A DNA stretch of 64,000 bases from Alteraurantiacibacter sp. (GTDB lineage Bacteria; Pseudomonadota; Alphaproteobacteria; Sphingomonadales; Sphingomonadaceae), in the NCBI GenBank assembly GCA_039927835.1, contig JBDSUF010000035.1:83453-147452 (forward strand). The letters run 5' to 3'. The position numbers and the translations under genes are program-made. Below, one piece after another: positions 28,766 to 44,996 of this stretch (position 1 is the first letter of the stretch; every line of letters begins with the position of its first letter). Below the pieces are notes generated by a model, which was not told the DNA's origin, made no database searches, and saw nothing but the letters and a program-made list of their open reading frames with translations.

Positions 28766-30936
28766 CGCCTGACACTGCGGTCCTTGATGCGCTTTTGTCC
28801 GGAACACATGGCGATCCGTTTTCGCTGCTTGGCTTGCACGAAGGACCGGAAGGCACCTTTGCCCGGGCGATCTTGCCGGGTGCTCTAGAGGCGAGCGCCT
28901 ACTCGCTGGCCGGTGCCAATCTGGGCAAGCTGGCGCGCACCGACGATCGCGGGCTGTTCGAAGGCAAGGTGCGCGGCAAGCCGAAGCCGGTCAAATACCG
29001 CTGCCGCGCCGACGGCCACGAATGGTGGGTGACCGATCCCTACAGCTTCGGCCCGGTGCTTGGGCCGCTCGACGACCTGCTGTTTGCGCAAGGCACGCAT
29101 TATCGCCTGTTCGACAAGTTCGGCGCGCACCTGATCGAGCATGAGGGCGTCGCCGGGTGCCACTTCGCCGTGTGGGCGCCAAATGCGCGGACAGTCAGCC
29201 TGGTGGGCGCCTTCAACGGCTGGAACGCGGCGAGCCACGTCATGCGCCACAGGCGCGATATCGGCGTGTGGGAGATATTCCTGCCCGATCTGGGCGCGGG
29301 GGTGGCCTACAAGTACCGCATCGTCGGCGCTGATGGCACCGTACAGCCCCTCAAGGCCGATCCCTTCGCTTTCGCCAGCGAACTTCGGCCCGCCACCGCC
29401 TCGCTCACTGCGCGCCCTGCCAAGCCAGACTGGGGTGACACGGACCATCGCGCGCACTGGGTCAGCGTCGATCCGCGCCGCCAGCCGATCTCCATTTATG
29501 AGGTCCACCCCGGATCGTGGCAGCGCGATGACAACGGCTGGTTCCTGACTTGGGACGAGATGGCCGCCCGGTTGATCCCCTATGCGGCGCAGATGGGCTT
29601 CACGCATATCGAATTCATGCCGGTGTCCGAGCACCCCTATGATCCCAGCTGGGGTTACCAGACGACCGGGCTCTATGCCCCGTCGTCGCGCTTTGGCGGG
29701 CCTGACGGGTTCGCCCGCTTCGTCGACGGCGCACACCGGGCGGGCATTTCGGTGTTGATCGACTGGGTGCCCGCGCACTTCCCGGTGGACGAGCACGGCC
29801 TCGCCCGCTTCGACGGCACCGCGCTGTACGAACACGACGACCCGCGCCTTGGCTTCCATCCGGATTGGAACACCGCGATCTACAACTTCGGGCGCCGCGA
29901 GGTGGCCAGTTTCCTGATCAACAACGCGTTGTTCTGGGCCGAGCACTATCACGTCGACGGCCTGCGTGTGGATGCGGTCGCCTCGATGCTCTACCGCGAT
30001 TACTCGCGCGAGGCAGGCGAGTGGCTGCCCAATGCCGAGGGCGGGCGCGAGAACTGGGAGGCGGCGGAATTCCTGCGGGCGATGAACCGTGCGGTCTATG
30101 GCAGCCACGCGGGCTTCCTGACGATGGCCGAGGAATCGACCTCGTGGCCCGGCGTCACCACGCCTGCGTTCGACGATGGCCCGCGCAGCAACCTGGGCTT
30201 CGGCTTCAAGTGGAACATGGGCTTCATGGCCGACACCCTGAAGTACATGGCGCGCGATCCGGTGCACCGGCAGTTCCACCATGACGATATCACCTTCGGA
30301 CTGGTCTATGCCTTCTCCGAGAATTTCGTGCTGCCGCTGAGCCATGACGAAGTCGTCCACGGCAAGGGCAGCCTGCTCGCCAAGATGAGCGGGGACGACT
30401 GGCAGCAGTTCGCGTCCTTACGCGCCTATTATGGCTTCATGTGGGGCTATCCGGGCAAGAAGCTGCTGTTCATGGGGCAAGAATTCGCCCAGCGGCGCGA
30501 ATGGTCCGAGGACCGCGCGCTCGACTGGGACGTGACGCTGGCGCCCGCCCATGCCGGTGTCCAGGCACTGGTGCGCGATCTCAACCGCCTCTATCGTGAG
30601 AAGCCGGCGCTGCACGCGCGCGATTGCGAGGGCGAGGGGTTCGAATGGCTGGTGGTGGACGATGCGGCAAATTCGGTCTTCGCCTGGCTCCGCAAGGCTC
30701 CGGGAGAGCGGCCGGTTGCGGTGATCACGAACATGACGCCGACGGTCCATCACGACTATTGGCTGCGCCTGCCGCACGATGGCGAATGGTGCGAAGTGCT
30801 CAACTCCGATGCGCAAGCCTACGGTGGCAGCGGGCAAGGCAACATGGGGCGGGTCCAGGCGCAGCACGGCGGCGCGCATGTGGTACTGCCGCCGCTGGCC
30901 ACGATCATGCTGGAATATACCGGTGGGGAAGGATGA
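28762..30936 (+). CDS. glgB: 1,4-alpha-glucan branching enzyme
   Basis: [16 protein letters not shown] and LSHDEV catalytic motifs. GTGA overlap with glgP. Confidence 0.96.
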   Translation: MTPDTAVLDALLSGTHGDPFSLLGLHEGPEGTFARAILPGALEASAYSLAGANLGKLARTDDRGLFEGKVRGKPKPVKYRCRADGHEWWVTDPYSFGPVLGPLDDLLFAQGTHYRLFDKFGAHLIEHEGVAGCHFAVWAPNARTVSLVGAFNGWNAASHVMRHRRDIGVWEIFLPDLGAGVAYKYRIVGADGTVQPLKADPFAFASELRPATASLTARPAKPDWGDTDHRAHWVSVDPRRQPISIYEVHPGSWQRDDNGWFLTWDEMAARLIPYAAQMGFTHIEFMPVSEHPYDPSWGYQTTGLYAPSSRFGGPDGFARFVDGAHRAGISVLIDWVPAHFPVDEHGLARFDGTALYEHDDPRLGFHPDWNTAIYNFGRREVASFLINNALFWAEHYHVDGLRVDAVASMLYRDYSREAGEWLPNAEGGRENWEAAEFLRAMNRAVYGSHAGFLTMAEESTSWPGVTTPAFDDGPRSNLGFGFKWNMGFMADTLKYMARDPVHRQFHHDDITFGLVYAFSENFVLPLSHDEVVHGKGSLLAKMSGDDWQQFASLRAYYGFMWGYPGKKLLFMGQEFAQRREWSEDRALDWDVTLAPAHAGVQALVRDLNRLYREKPALHARDCEGEGFEWLVVDDAANSVFAWLRKAPGERPVAVITNMTPTVHHDYWLRLPHDGEWCEVLNSDAQAYGGSGQGNMGRVQAQHGGAHVVLPPLATIMLEYTGGEG

Positions 30937-30943
30937 CGGGGAA

Positions 30944-32209
30944 ATGACGTTGAGGGCTACCTATTCGCAGCCACTGGCGCGCGATGCCATGGCCTATGTG
31001 CTGGCCGGAGGGCGCGGCAGTCGGCTGGTGGAACTGACCGACAACCGCTCCAAACCGGCGGTCTATTTCGGCGGTGTCTCGCGGATCATCGATTTCGCGC
31101 TGTCCAACGCGATCAATTCGGGCATCCGCCGCATCGGCGTGGCCACACAATACAAGGCGCACAGCCTGATCCGCCACATGCAGCGCGCGTGGAATTTCAT
31201 GCGGCCCGAGCGCAACGAGAGCTTCGATATCCTGCCCGCCAGCCAGCGCGTATCGGAAAGCCAGTGGTACCTGGGCACGGCGGACGCGGTGTACCAGAAC
31301 ATCGACATCATCGCCTCGCACGCGCCCAAGTACATGGTCATCCTGGCGGGCGATCACGTGTACAAGATGGATTACGAGCTGATGCTGCAACAGCACGTAT
31401 CCAGCGGGGCGGACGTGACCGTCGGCTGCCTGGTGGTGCCGCGGGCTGAGGCAAGCGGCTTCGGCGTAATGCACGTCGACGAGAGCGATGGCATCACCGC
31501 CTTTGTGGAAAAGCCCAAGGACCCGCCCGGCATTCCCGGCCAGCCGCATATGGCGCTGGCGAGCATGGGCATCTATGTGTTCGACACCGCGTTCCTGTTC
31601 GACCAGTTGCGGCGCGACGCGGCCGACCCCGCGAGCAGCCGCGATTTCGGTGGCGACATCATCCCGTACATCGTCAAGCACGGCAAGGCGCAGGCGCACC
31701 GCTTTACGCAAAGCTGCGTGCGCGCTGCCGAGGAGATCGAGGAATACTGGCGCGATGTCGGCACGCTCGACGCCTATTTCGAGGCCAACCTCGACCTGAC
31801 CGACGTGGTCCCCAAGCTGAACCTCTACGACCGCGAATGGCCGATCTGGACCGACCAGATCGTCGCCGCCCCGGCCAAGTTCGTCCACGACGAGGATGGG
31901 CGGCGCGGCCATGCCATATCCTCGCTGATCAGCCAGGATTGCATCGTCTCAGGCGCCTTGGCGAAGAGCAGCCTGCTGTTTACCGGCGTGAAGATGGGCA
32001 GTTTCTCCAGTGTCGAGCGCGGGGTGATCCTGCCCTATTGCAATATCGGGCGCGGTGCCCGGCTGACCAATGTGATCCTCGATTCTGGCGTGCGCATCCC
32101 CGAAGGGCTGGTGGTGGGCGAAGACCCCGAACTCGATGCCAGCCGCTTCCGCCGCAGCGAGAAGGGCGTGTGCCTGATCACCAAGGCGATGATCGAACGG
32201 CTTGGGTAG
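30944..32209 (+). CDS. glgC: Glucose-1-phosphate adenylyltransferase
   Basis: [35 protein letters not shown]. Confidence 0.96.
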   Translation: MTLRATYSQPLARDAMAYVLAGGRGSRLVELTDNRSKPAVYFGGVSRIIDFALSNAINSGIRRIGVATQYKAHSLIRHMQRAWNFMRPERNESFDILPASQRVSESQWYLGTADAVYQNIDIIASHAPKYMVILAGDHVYKMDYELMLQQHVSSGADVTVGCLVVPRAEASGFGVMHVDESDGITAFVEKPKDPPGIPGQPHMALASMGIYVFDTAFLFDQLRRDAADPASSRDFGGDIIPYIVKHGKAQAHRFTQSCVRAAEEIEEYWRDVGTLDAYFEANLDLTDVVPKLNLYDREWPIWTDQIVAAPAKFVHDEDGRRGHAISSLISQDCIVSGALAKSSLLFTGVKMGSFSSVERGVILPYCNIGRGARLTNVILDSGVRIPEGLVVGEDPELDASRFRRSEKGVCLITKAMIERLG

Positions 32210-32216
32210 ACCTGCG

Positions 32217-37122
<4,906 letters not shown>

Positions 37123-37169
37123 ACGATGGTCATTCGGTGATCGACATTCATCCCCTCGCGAAAATGTCA

Positions 37170-37195
37170 GGAACGGCATCGCGGCTTCGGGTGTT
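37170..37195 (+). promoter_or_regulatory. Candidate EcfG/sigmaT promoter GGAAC-N17-TGTT
   Basis: Resembles the general-stress-response promoter consensus; 25 nt upstream of the response regulator ATG. Confidence 0.35.
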
Positions 37196-37220
37196 GTGCG
37201 GTGAAGGGGTTACAAAACTC

Positions 37221-37628
37221 ATGCCAAATATTCTGCCAAATATTCTGATTGTCGAAGATGAAATCCTGATCGCCTGCGACATGCAGGACACGCTGGAGGA
37301 CCACGGCTATCACTGTGTCGGGATCGCCCCGGACCTCAAGACGGCCGAGCAGTATTTCGATACCGAGCTCGAACTCGCGCTGGTTGATCTCAACTTGCGC
37401 GACGGCCTGACTGGGCCTGAAATCGGCCTGAAACTGTCCACCGTCGGCGTGCCGGTGATCTTCATTACCGCCAACCCCTCACAGATCGGCGATGGGGTTG
37501 CCGGCACCGTCGGCGTGCTCACCAAGCCAACCGATCAGGCGACATTGCTGGCCGCCGTGCGCTTTGCTCTGGGCCGCAAGATGGGTCAGTCGCTAGCTCC
37601 TCCCGCGACGATGAAGCTGTTCGGATGA
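37221..37628 (+). CDS. Single-domain response regulator
   Basis: ILIVEDE, LVDLNL (phospho-Asp), FITAN and TKP; no output domain. Confidence 0.88.
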   Translation: MPNILPNILIVEDEILIACDMQDTLEDHGYHCVGIAPDLKTAEQYFDTELELALVDLNLRDGLTGPEIGLKLSTVGVPVIFITANPSQIGDGVAGTVGVLTKPTDQATLLAAVRFALGRKMGQSLAPPATMKLFG

Positions 37629-37637
37629 TCCGCGCGC

Positions 37638-39254
37638 TCAATCTTCCAGCGCGGTGAAGGTGAAATTGCGGAACTGCGCCTCGCCGGGTCCGGCGGCATA
37701 AAGGCCGGGCCGCAGCATCAGGAAACCGCCACGCACATTGTGGTGATAGCCTGAAACCTCCATCCCGCGATCGAAGCGGTGCCACGTCTGGCCGCCATCG
37801 CCGCTGGTATCGTAGGTGACGATGTGCGCCTGGTTGGTCACCCGCATGCGCATGGTGCGGCCATGCGGGTTGGCCGGGCGGGCGCGTTCTATGCCGTACT
37901 GGTGCGTCACGAAACGCGCCTCATCAAATCCGAGGCCGCAATAGAGCCGCTCATCATAGAACAGGACCAGGCCAGCCCGTCCACCGGGCGCGCAGGTTAT
38001 GTCGCATTCGAACTGATAGCTGGTATCGCCCGCAATCAGCAGCAACGGCGACCCGCTCGACGGCGCCTCACCGCGCCCGGCGAGGTGCAGTACGCCGTCG
38101 CCTGACCGGATGCGCGCGCGTTCGTCCGCCGTTGGGCGGAAGAAGTTCCACTTGCTGCCCAGCACGAGCGGGCCGCTGAAGTCGTCGCTCAGTGCCATCC
38201 CGTGGGGCATGGCTTCCCCGCCACCCGGAATGGCCATTGGCTGCGACAGGTCGCCGCCGGTCATTGCAAACCAGCCGTCTGCCGTGAACTGCACAGGATC
38301 GAGCAGGCATTGCCGACCCAGTGTCCAGAAGCCGCTTTCGAACCCGTGGTAGAGTGACCACCAGTTCCCGTCGGGCGCGTCGATCAACGAGGCATGGCCG
38401 CGTGACCACCATTGCTCGGCCACACTGGTTGTCCGCACCAGCGGATTGCCCGGATGGTCTTCCCACGGTCCGTGGATCGAGCGCGAGCGGGCAGCGATGA
38501 CCATATGCCCGGTGGGCGGCCCCGCCGTGCCGCCCACGGCGGTGATCATGTAGAACCACTCGCCGATCCGGTGGATCTTGGGGCCTTCGGGCGAAAACCC
38601 TTCCACCACCCAATCCGCCGGATAACGCCAGGGATCATAGACATGCTCGACTTCCCCCGCGAGCGACAGCCCATCGGGGGCCAACCGCACCCGGTCGCCG
38701 CCTGAGAGGAACAGCCACCGGCTGCCATCCTCGCCCACCGCCAGGCACGGGTCGATGTGCCGCGGCAGGCCCAGCGGCACCGGATCGCTCCACGGGCCAT
38801 CGATGTCGCTGGCGTGGATCACGAAGGTGTCGTTGTCCGCGTCGGCCTTGACCGGGATGTAGATCAGGAAGCGGCCAGAATCGTAATGCAGACTGGGTGC
38901 CCACACCGATCCGATGTTCCGCTCGAGCACTGCCCGGCGCGGCTGCCAGTTGACCAGATCCCGCGAGTGCCAGATCGTCAGCCCCGGATAGGCGTCGAAG
39001 GTGGAAAAAGTGGCATAATAGTCGCGGCCTAACCGGAGCACGCTGGGATCGGGATGGTCGCCCGACAGCACCGGATTGAGAAATGTCCCGTCGCCGCGAT
39101 CGGCCTTGCGCTGGTTGTCGAACCCGCGCCCCCAGCGCCGTTCGTCCGGGCTCGTTGTCGTCTGCGCCTGCGCGAGCGGGGCCCAGGCTGGTGCCGCAAT
39201 TCCCAACCCTGTTGCCGCGGCACCGCGCAGCAGGTCGCGCCGGTCGGTCAGCAT
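37638..39254 (-). CDS. GH43 glycoside hydrolase, Tat-exported
   Basis: DRRDLL Tat motif; NPVLSGDHPDPS, WAPSL, HIDP and PEGPK five-bladed propeller motifs; C-terminal beta-sandwich. Confidence 0.9.
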   Translation of the reverse strand: MLTDRRDLLRGAAATGLGIAAPAWAPLAQAQTTTSPDERRWGRGFDNQRKADRGDGTFLNPVLSGDHPDPSVLRLGRDYYATFSTFDAYPGLTIWHSRDLVNWQPRRAVLERNIGSVWAPSLHYDSGRFLIYIPVKADADNDTFVIHASDIDGPWSDPVPLGLPRHIDPCLAVGEDGSRWLFLSGGDRVRLAPDGLSLAGEVEHVYDPWRYPADWVVEGFSPEGPKIHRIGEWFYMITAVGGTAGPPTGHMVIAARSRSIHGPWEDHPGNPLVRTTSVAEQWWSRGHASLIDAPDGNWWSLYHGFESGFWTLGRQCLLDPVQFTADGWFAMTGGDLSQPMAIPGGGEAMPHGMALSDDFSGPLVLGSKWNFFRPTADERARIRSGDGVLHLAGRGEAPSSGSPLLLIAGDTSYQFECDITCAPGGRAGLVLFYDERLYCGLGFDEARFVTHQYGIERARPANPHGRTMRMRVTNQAHIVTYDTSGDGGQTWHRFDRGMEVSGYHHNVRGGFLMLRPGLYAAGPGEAQFRNFTFTALED

Positions 39255-40273
39255 CAGCCGAGCCCCGTTGTTTGCGCCCACGCCCGCCAAAGCTCGGGCC
39301 AGACCTCGACCGGCTTGCCGATCGCCTTGCGCAGGCCGAAGCCGTGCCCACCGTGTTCGAACAGGTGCGTTTCGACCGCGATCCCGCGCGCCTTCAGTGC
39401 GGCCCGCAGTGCAAGAGTGTTGCCGACCGGGACCACGTCATCGTCCTCCGCGTGGAGCAGGAAGAACGGCGGGGCATCGTCCGGCACGTTGCGATCGGGC
39501 GAATGCGCTGCCTCAAGCGCGGCGGTGGGAGCTGCCCCCAGCAGCAGGCTGCGCGAGCCGGGATGGGCGAGTTCCGGCGCCATCGACACCACCGGATAAA
39601 TGGGTGCCGCGCACAGCGGTCGTGCCGACAGCGCATCGGCTGGGTCGACCGGCGCATAGGTTGCGGCGGCAAAGCGCGTGGCGAGATCGGCGCACAAGTG
39701 GCCGCCTGCCGAAAACCCCATTGCCGCCACGCGTTCGGGCTCGATCCCGAAATCGCCAGAGCGCTGGCGGATCAGCCGCATGGCGCGCTGGGCATCGCCG
39801 AAGCATACATCAGGGCCGGCAGCCCAGCCATCGCCCGGCAGGCGATAGAACAGCACGAAGGCGGTAAACCCGCGCGCCGCCAGCCAGCGGCCCATTTCAT
39901 AGCCTTCCTTGTCGACCACCACGTGGCGATAGCCACCGCCCGGCATCAGCAGCACCGCCGCGCCGTTGGGCCGGTCGGGCCGGAATACGACCATGCGCGG
40001 GGCGCTTATGCCCAGCACGGCGCGGTCGGTCACGAGGGGGTCACTCGACCTTTCGGTGGTCACCTCGACCGGCGGCGTGGCCGGCATCCCGGGTGCGCCG
40101 AGCGGCCACAGGTCGATGGTTTCGTGCGGCTGCGGCAGGCCTGGGGGCAGGCTGCTGCCCGCCGAGGGTGGTGGCGTTTGCGCGCTGGCACGGGTCGCGC
40201 CGAACGCCGACAAGGCCCATCCTGTTAACAGAACAGGGCCCGCCGCAAGAATTGATCGCCGATCACCTCTCAC
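39254..40273 (-). CDS. Alpha/beta hydrolase (pectin/xylan acetylesterase-like)
   Basis: PGGGY, GFSAGGH nucleophile elbow, DDDVVP, GGHGFG; DRRSIL Tat-like motif. GTG at 40273 after GGAGG. Confidence 0.85.
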   Translation of the reverse strand: MRGDRRSILAAGPVLLTGWALSAFGATRASAQTPPPSAGSSLPPGLPQPHETIDLWPLGAPGMPATPPVEVTTERSSDPLVTDRAVLGISAPRMVVFRPDRPNGAAVLLMPGGGYRHVVVDKEGYEMGRWLAARGFTAFVLFYRLPGDGWAAGPDVCFGDAQRAMRLIRQRSGDFGIEPERVAAMGFSAGGHLCADLATRFAAATYAPVDPADALSARPLCAAPIYPVVSMAPELAHPGSRSLLLGAAPTAALEAAHSPDRNVPDDAPPFFLLHAEDDDVVPVGNTLALRAALKARGIAVETHLFEHGGHGFGLRKAIGKPVEVWPELWRAWAQTTGLG

Positions 40274-40315
40274 GCCGGGCCTCCATTCTGACCGCGATAC
40301 CACCCGCGGGCTGCG

Positions 40316-43085
40316 TTACATTGCCACCCGCACGCCGGCCATGATGACCCGGCCAAAGCGGTTGTTCTCATAGCTACGCTGCGCCGTCTCATCAACGAAG
40401 CGTTCGCGGTATTCGTCGGTCAGGTTGGTGCCTTCCAGCGTCAGTTCGACCTCGTCGGTCAGTTGGTAACGGATTGAGGCATCGACATTCATCATGCTCT
40501 TGTAGCCTTCGAACACGTTGAGATTGCCGCTGACCGTATCGTTGTAGCCATCCCGGTATGCGATAGAGGCGCGGGCCGAGAAGCGGTCGTCCTCAGGTGG
40601 CATTGGCCCCGGTTTTCACCAGATCGAACAGCGGACGGCTGAACACGGTCGAGGGCCCGGCAACCGGGTTTCCACCATTGCTGGAAAGTGAGGTTGCTGC
40701 GGTGGTCAGCGTGAAATCTACATTGCTGTCCACAATCGTCACATTGCCCAGAACGCCGAACCGGCCAAAGAACCCATCCGAAAACGTCGAGAACGGCAGG
40801 TTCAGCGAAAATTCCGCGCCTTTCAGACTGGCACCTGGACCGTTGACGCTTGCGCGCAGTTCCAACTGCCGATCCACATCGGTGCCGCCAACGATCGCGA
40901 TGTAAAGTGGCGTCCCCGGCGTCAGCAGAGAAGTCGGCAGTCCGCTTTGCGCCCAGGTAATCTGGGTGGAACCGGCGATGGGGAAGCTGGCAATATCCTT
41001 CTTGAACACCGCCACCGACGCCATGGCACCCGGCGCGAAATACCATTCCAGCGCCGCATCGAAATTTGTTGCGCGGGTGGGATCGAGGCCGGGATTGCCC
41101 GATGTGATGCGATAGTTGAACTGATCCACAGAGCCACCCGGCGTCAGACTGCCTAGCGTTGGCCGGGTAATGGCTTCTGCAATCGCGCCACGCAGGATCA
41201 GGTCATCGGTCAGGAACAGGTTGAGGTTGGCCGATGGCAGCCAGTCGTGATAGCTGCGTTCGACCGTCGCTTCGGTGGTGCCGACGAACCCGCTGCTGCT
41301 CTGATCGGTCTGCACATAGCGCATCCCGATATTGCCCGTTACCCGAATGCCGAGATCGAAATCGGCATTGAGCTGGCCGTATCCGCCGGTGGTTTCTTCG
41401 ATCACCGATCGGTCTTGCCCGGCCTGCAGCACCGCCGTGCGCCCGAACAGGCCGACCGCATCGGCAGACGGTCCGAGCAAGGGCACCAGCCAGGAGTTGG
41501 AATTGCCCGTTGGCTGTCCTGCGCTGCCGAGATTGAACACTTCTGAAATGGCCGAAGTCACTGGCAGGCCAGTCTGGCCTGATGCGCAGGTGAACGCAGC
41601 GCAATAGGTGGCGTCGCGGCTGAAGCCGACCGTGTCGAAGCTGAAACGGCGGTAGATGCCGCCAGCCGTCACTGTCAGTTCGTCGGTGAAATCCCAGTTT
41701 GCATCCAGCCCAAGCGTTTCGAATTCATTGTTCAGGAATGACGGCCGGTCGCGGAATTCTGCCAGTTCGAACTGCCCCGGCGTGGTCGCCCCGGTCGGAC
41801 CGAAATTCAGCTTGGGGAACGCCTGATCGGTGTAATCGAAAGTATAGCCGTTGATCCGGTCATCGAACGCAATCGTAGCCTCGACGGGAATGTCGGCGCT
41901 CGAACTCGACTTGCCGCCGCGCAGCACGACACCGAGCGTGTCGGTCAATTCCTGCTCAAGCCGCGCGGAAATCTGGTAGAATTCCGTCTCGCTCTGACGC
42001 GAATAGCGTTCGGTTCGCAGGTATGCGTTGTTGAGCGTGCCGGAGATCATGTTGTTATCAGAATCGACGGTGAAATTGGTCACGTCGATGGTGCGTTCCT
42101 GACTGCGGACCAGGATCTCGCCCCAGTATTCGTCGCGCACTTCCTTGAAGTTGGAATAGAGGCCGTCGATCGACAACGAAGTGCGATCACTCGGTTCCCA
42201 CTGGATCGAGCCGGTCGCGCCCAGGCGGTCGCGGTCATGCGAGACGAGGCCGTAACGCGGAATACGCGGATGGAAGGCGAGGCCCGCCTGATTGCAAACG
42301 GCGCTGGGAACATAGGTCGATCCCGTGAAGCATGCCGTACCATTGGCTGAACGGAATGCCCCCTGCGTCCAGCGCACGGTGTTGTTGCCCAGTTCTTCGG
42401 TGAGGTAGCTGGAGTAGGCGACGGAGGCGGAAACGCCGAAGGTCTGGTCCGGGTTGGTCCACGAGATCAGGCCGGCAAGGCGCGGTCCTGTATCCTTCGA
42501 GAGGTCGTTGTAACGCACCTGTGCCGATGCGGCGAAATGCAGACCTTCGTCGTAAGACAGCGGATTGCCTGTATTGAGATCGACCACCGCGCCCAACGAC
42601 CCTTCATCGAGCGAGGCTTCGGCGGTCTTGTGCACCACGATGGAGCTGAACAGCTCCGATGCGAACACGTTGAAATCGAAGCCTCGGTCGCGGTTGGCCG
42701 ATGCGCCGTCGGTGGAAGTGGCGATGGCTTCCATGCCATTGACCCGCACGCGCGTATATTGTGCCCCCAGACCGCGCACCACGATCGCGCGGCCCTCGCC
42801 CGCATCGCGCTGGATGGCGACGCCAGGAATGCGCTGCAGCGATTCGGCCAAGTTGGTATCGGGGAACTTGCCGATATCCTCAGCCACGATCATGTCGATC
42901 TGGGTGGCGGAATCGCGTTTCGCAGCCACGGCAGCGTCGAGCGATGCCCGGAAACCGGTGACAATGATCGTGTCGGCCGGTGCGGCTTCGGTCTCGTCCT
43001 GCGCAAATGCAACCTGCGGCAGAATCAGTGCAGAACTGACCAGCAAGGCTGCACGGACGCGACCCATGTTATTGATATTCCTCAT
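40316..43085 (-). pseudogene. TonB-dependent receptor, frameshifted near the C-terminus
   Basis: The 830-aa frame (TonB box IIVTGFRASL, plug PDTNLAESLQRIPGV) stops at ...NAT-TGA (40593). The barrel continues in another frame as EDDRFSARASIAYRD...GVRVAM. Junction reads ACC T GAG GAC GAC. Confidence 0.8.
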
Positions 43086-43180
43086 GCAATCCTCCCATTA
43101 TTGCCCGATTCGGCTGGCCGCTTACCGCGCGCCGTTTCTTCCGGCTCCCCGGGCAGACATCGCTTGTGCCTGACTCGCCG

Positions 43181-43196
43181 TGGTAACCGGTGTCAT
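43181..43196. promoter_or_regulatory. LacI-type operator TGGTAACCGGTGTCAT
   Basis: In the divergent receptor/pectate lyase region; identical 16-mer at 49009-49024. Confidence 0.75.
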
Positions 43197-43263
43197 TGGG
43201 TATTGCCGTGATCGATCAGGTCTGTCAAGATTCTTGCGAACTAAACGCTGGGGAGCGGTCGCG

Positions 43264-44601
43264 ATGCGCAATTCTGGATTGATTGGTAGCCTGTTGGCGA
43301 TCCTGCTGTTCGTCGCACCGATGGGGGCGGCGGCGCATCCTGACGATCCTACGCAGGGCGGCCAGGGCGGGCGGATCGTGCGCGTTACTACGCTCGAGGC
43401 CCAAGGTCCGGGAAGCCTGGCAGCGGCGCTGGCCGAGGATGGACCGCGCATCATCGTGTTCGAGGTTGGGGGCGCGATCGACCTCCATCGCAGCACGCTG
43501 AACATCGATCAGCCGTTCGTCACCATTGCCGGGCAGACTGCTCCGTCGCCCGGCATCACCATCCTGCGCGGCGGGATCGACGTCCGCACGCACGACGTGC
43601 GGATCGAACACATCCGGGTGATGACCGGGGCCGACGGCCAGCCGCACTTCAGCGGCTGGGAGGCCGACGCCCTCTCCACCGTCGCGGCATGGAACGTGGT
43701 GATTGAGAACAACTCCTTCCTGTGGGGGATCGATGAGAACATGTCAGCGAGCGGCCCGCGCTTCACCGGCGATACAGTGGCGGAATGGCGTGCGGGGACG
43801 AGCCACAACATCGTTTTCCGGAACAACCTGGCCGCCGAAGGGCTCGCCAATTCGAGCCATCCCAAAGGCGAGCACTCCAAGGGCTCGCTGATCCACGACA
43901 ATGCCACCGGCATCGTCTTTGAACGCAATATCTGGGCGCATAATGTCGAGCGCAGCCCGCTGGTGAAAGGCGGGGCGCAGGTCCTGATGATCAACAACCT
44001 GATCTACAACCCGCAGTACCGTGCCGTGCACTACAACCTGATGGACCTCGAATGGGCCGGCCACGCACCGGTCACCGGTGAAATCACCGCCATCGGCAAC
44101 GTCCTGCGCGGAGGGAACGACACCAGTCCCCGCTTGCCGTTCCTGATGTTGGGCGGCGTAGGCGATCTGGCCTTCTACGGGCGCGACAACCTGGCGGTCG
44201 ACCTGCACGGGGAGCCTCTGCCGATGTTCGGCCATTATGGCGAAACGGCGGCCCGACTGATCGAAGCCGAGACCCCGCTCGCCAGTATCGCCGGCTATGA
44301 CATCCTGCCGAGTAGCGATGTCGAGACGACGCTGCTCGCCACCGCCGGTGCCCGTCCGTGGGACCGGGCTGCGGACGAAATCCGGGTGATGTTCTTCATC
44401 GCCGAAGGGCGCGGCGAGATCATCGACGACGAAAGCGAAGTTGGCGGCTATCCGCAGATCGCGCCCACTGCGCAGCCGTTTGTCGAGAGCGAATGGGACA
44501 TGGTCACGGTGACCCCCCTTTCCGGGCGCTATCCCGGCCAGCGTGAGGGCGCGCAGGAACACCTCTCCCCGCGCGACAGGCTCATGCGGAGCGCGCTATG
44601 A
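43264..44601 (+). CDS. Pectate lyase (PL1-like beta-helix), secreted
   Basis: Signal peptide; GGQGGRIVRVTTL, GPGSL, FVTIAGQTAPSPGI, WGIDEN and ERSP motifs. Confidence 0.85.
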   Translation: MRNSGLIGSLLAILLFVAPMGAAAHPDDPTQGGQGGRIVRVTTLEAQGPGSLAAALAEDGPRIIVFEVGGAIDLHRSTLNIDQPFVTIAGQTAPSPGITILRGGIDVRTHDVRIEHIRVMTGADGQPHFSGWEADALSTVAAWNVVIENNSFLWGIDENMSASGPRFTGDTVAEWRAGTSHNIVFRNNLAAEGLANSSHPKGEHSKGSLIHDNATGIVFERNIWAHNVERSPLVKGGAQVLMINNLIYNPQYRAVHYNLMDLEWAGHAPVTGEITAIGNVLRGGNDTSPRLPFLMLGGVGDLAFYGRDNLAVDLHGEPLPMFGHYGETAARLIEAETPLASIAGYDILPSSDVETTLLATAGARPWDRAADEIRVMFFIAEGRGEIIDDESEVGGYPQIAPTAQPFVESEWDMVTVTPLSGRYPGQREGAQEHLSPRDRLMRSAL

Positions 44602-44996
44602 TGCTCGCCGCACTGCTGCTGACCACTGCGGCGCCGGCTATGGTTGTGATCGACGAGATCGAGGTCATGGTGCGTGAGGCTGTGCCACATGGGGCCATCG
44701 GCATGTCCACCGCCTTTCGCATCAGTGATGCCGTGCCGCAGCCGCGCACCATGGAATTCCGCCGCCGCGTGTTGGACGTGGGCGCGGCCATCGGGGAACA
44801 CCCGATCAACCACGACGAGGTCTACTACGTGACCGGCGGGGACGGGGTCGTGATCTCGGACGGCGTCGAGGCGGCGTTGCGCCCCCGCATGGCTGCCTAC
44901 CTCTATGCCGGCGCGGTGGTCGGCATTCGGCAGACGGGCGCCGAGCCGCTCTCGATCATCGTTGCCTACCCGGTGACACCTCAGGATCCTGGCTGA
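44598..44996 (+). CDS. Cupin-domain protein with signal peptide
   Basis: Hydrophobic N-terminus; IGEHPINHDEVYYVTGG cupin motif 1. ATGA-coupled to the lyase. Confidence 0.75.
   Translation: MMLAALLLTTAAPAMVVIDEIEVMVREAVPHGAIGMSTAFRISDAVPQPRTMEFRRRVLDVGAAIGEHPINHDEVYYVTGGDGVVISDGVEAALRPRMAAYLYAGAVVGIRQTGAEPLSIIVAYPVTPQDPG

Noticed and set aside
26279-28807. 842-aa antisense ORF over glgP, and similar shadows over other genes
   Set aside because: Mirror of a well-supported gene with no domain signal.
40590-40605. Programmed +1 frameshift or deliberate split gene in the pectin receptor
   Set aside because: ACC-TGA is not a plausible slippery site. A simple +1 shift would still omit the expected residues between NAT and EDDRF, and the MPPEDD start has no SD or signal peptide. 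A deletion is more parsimonious.
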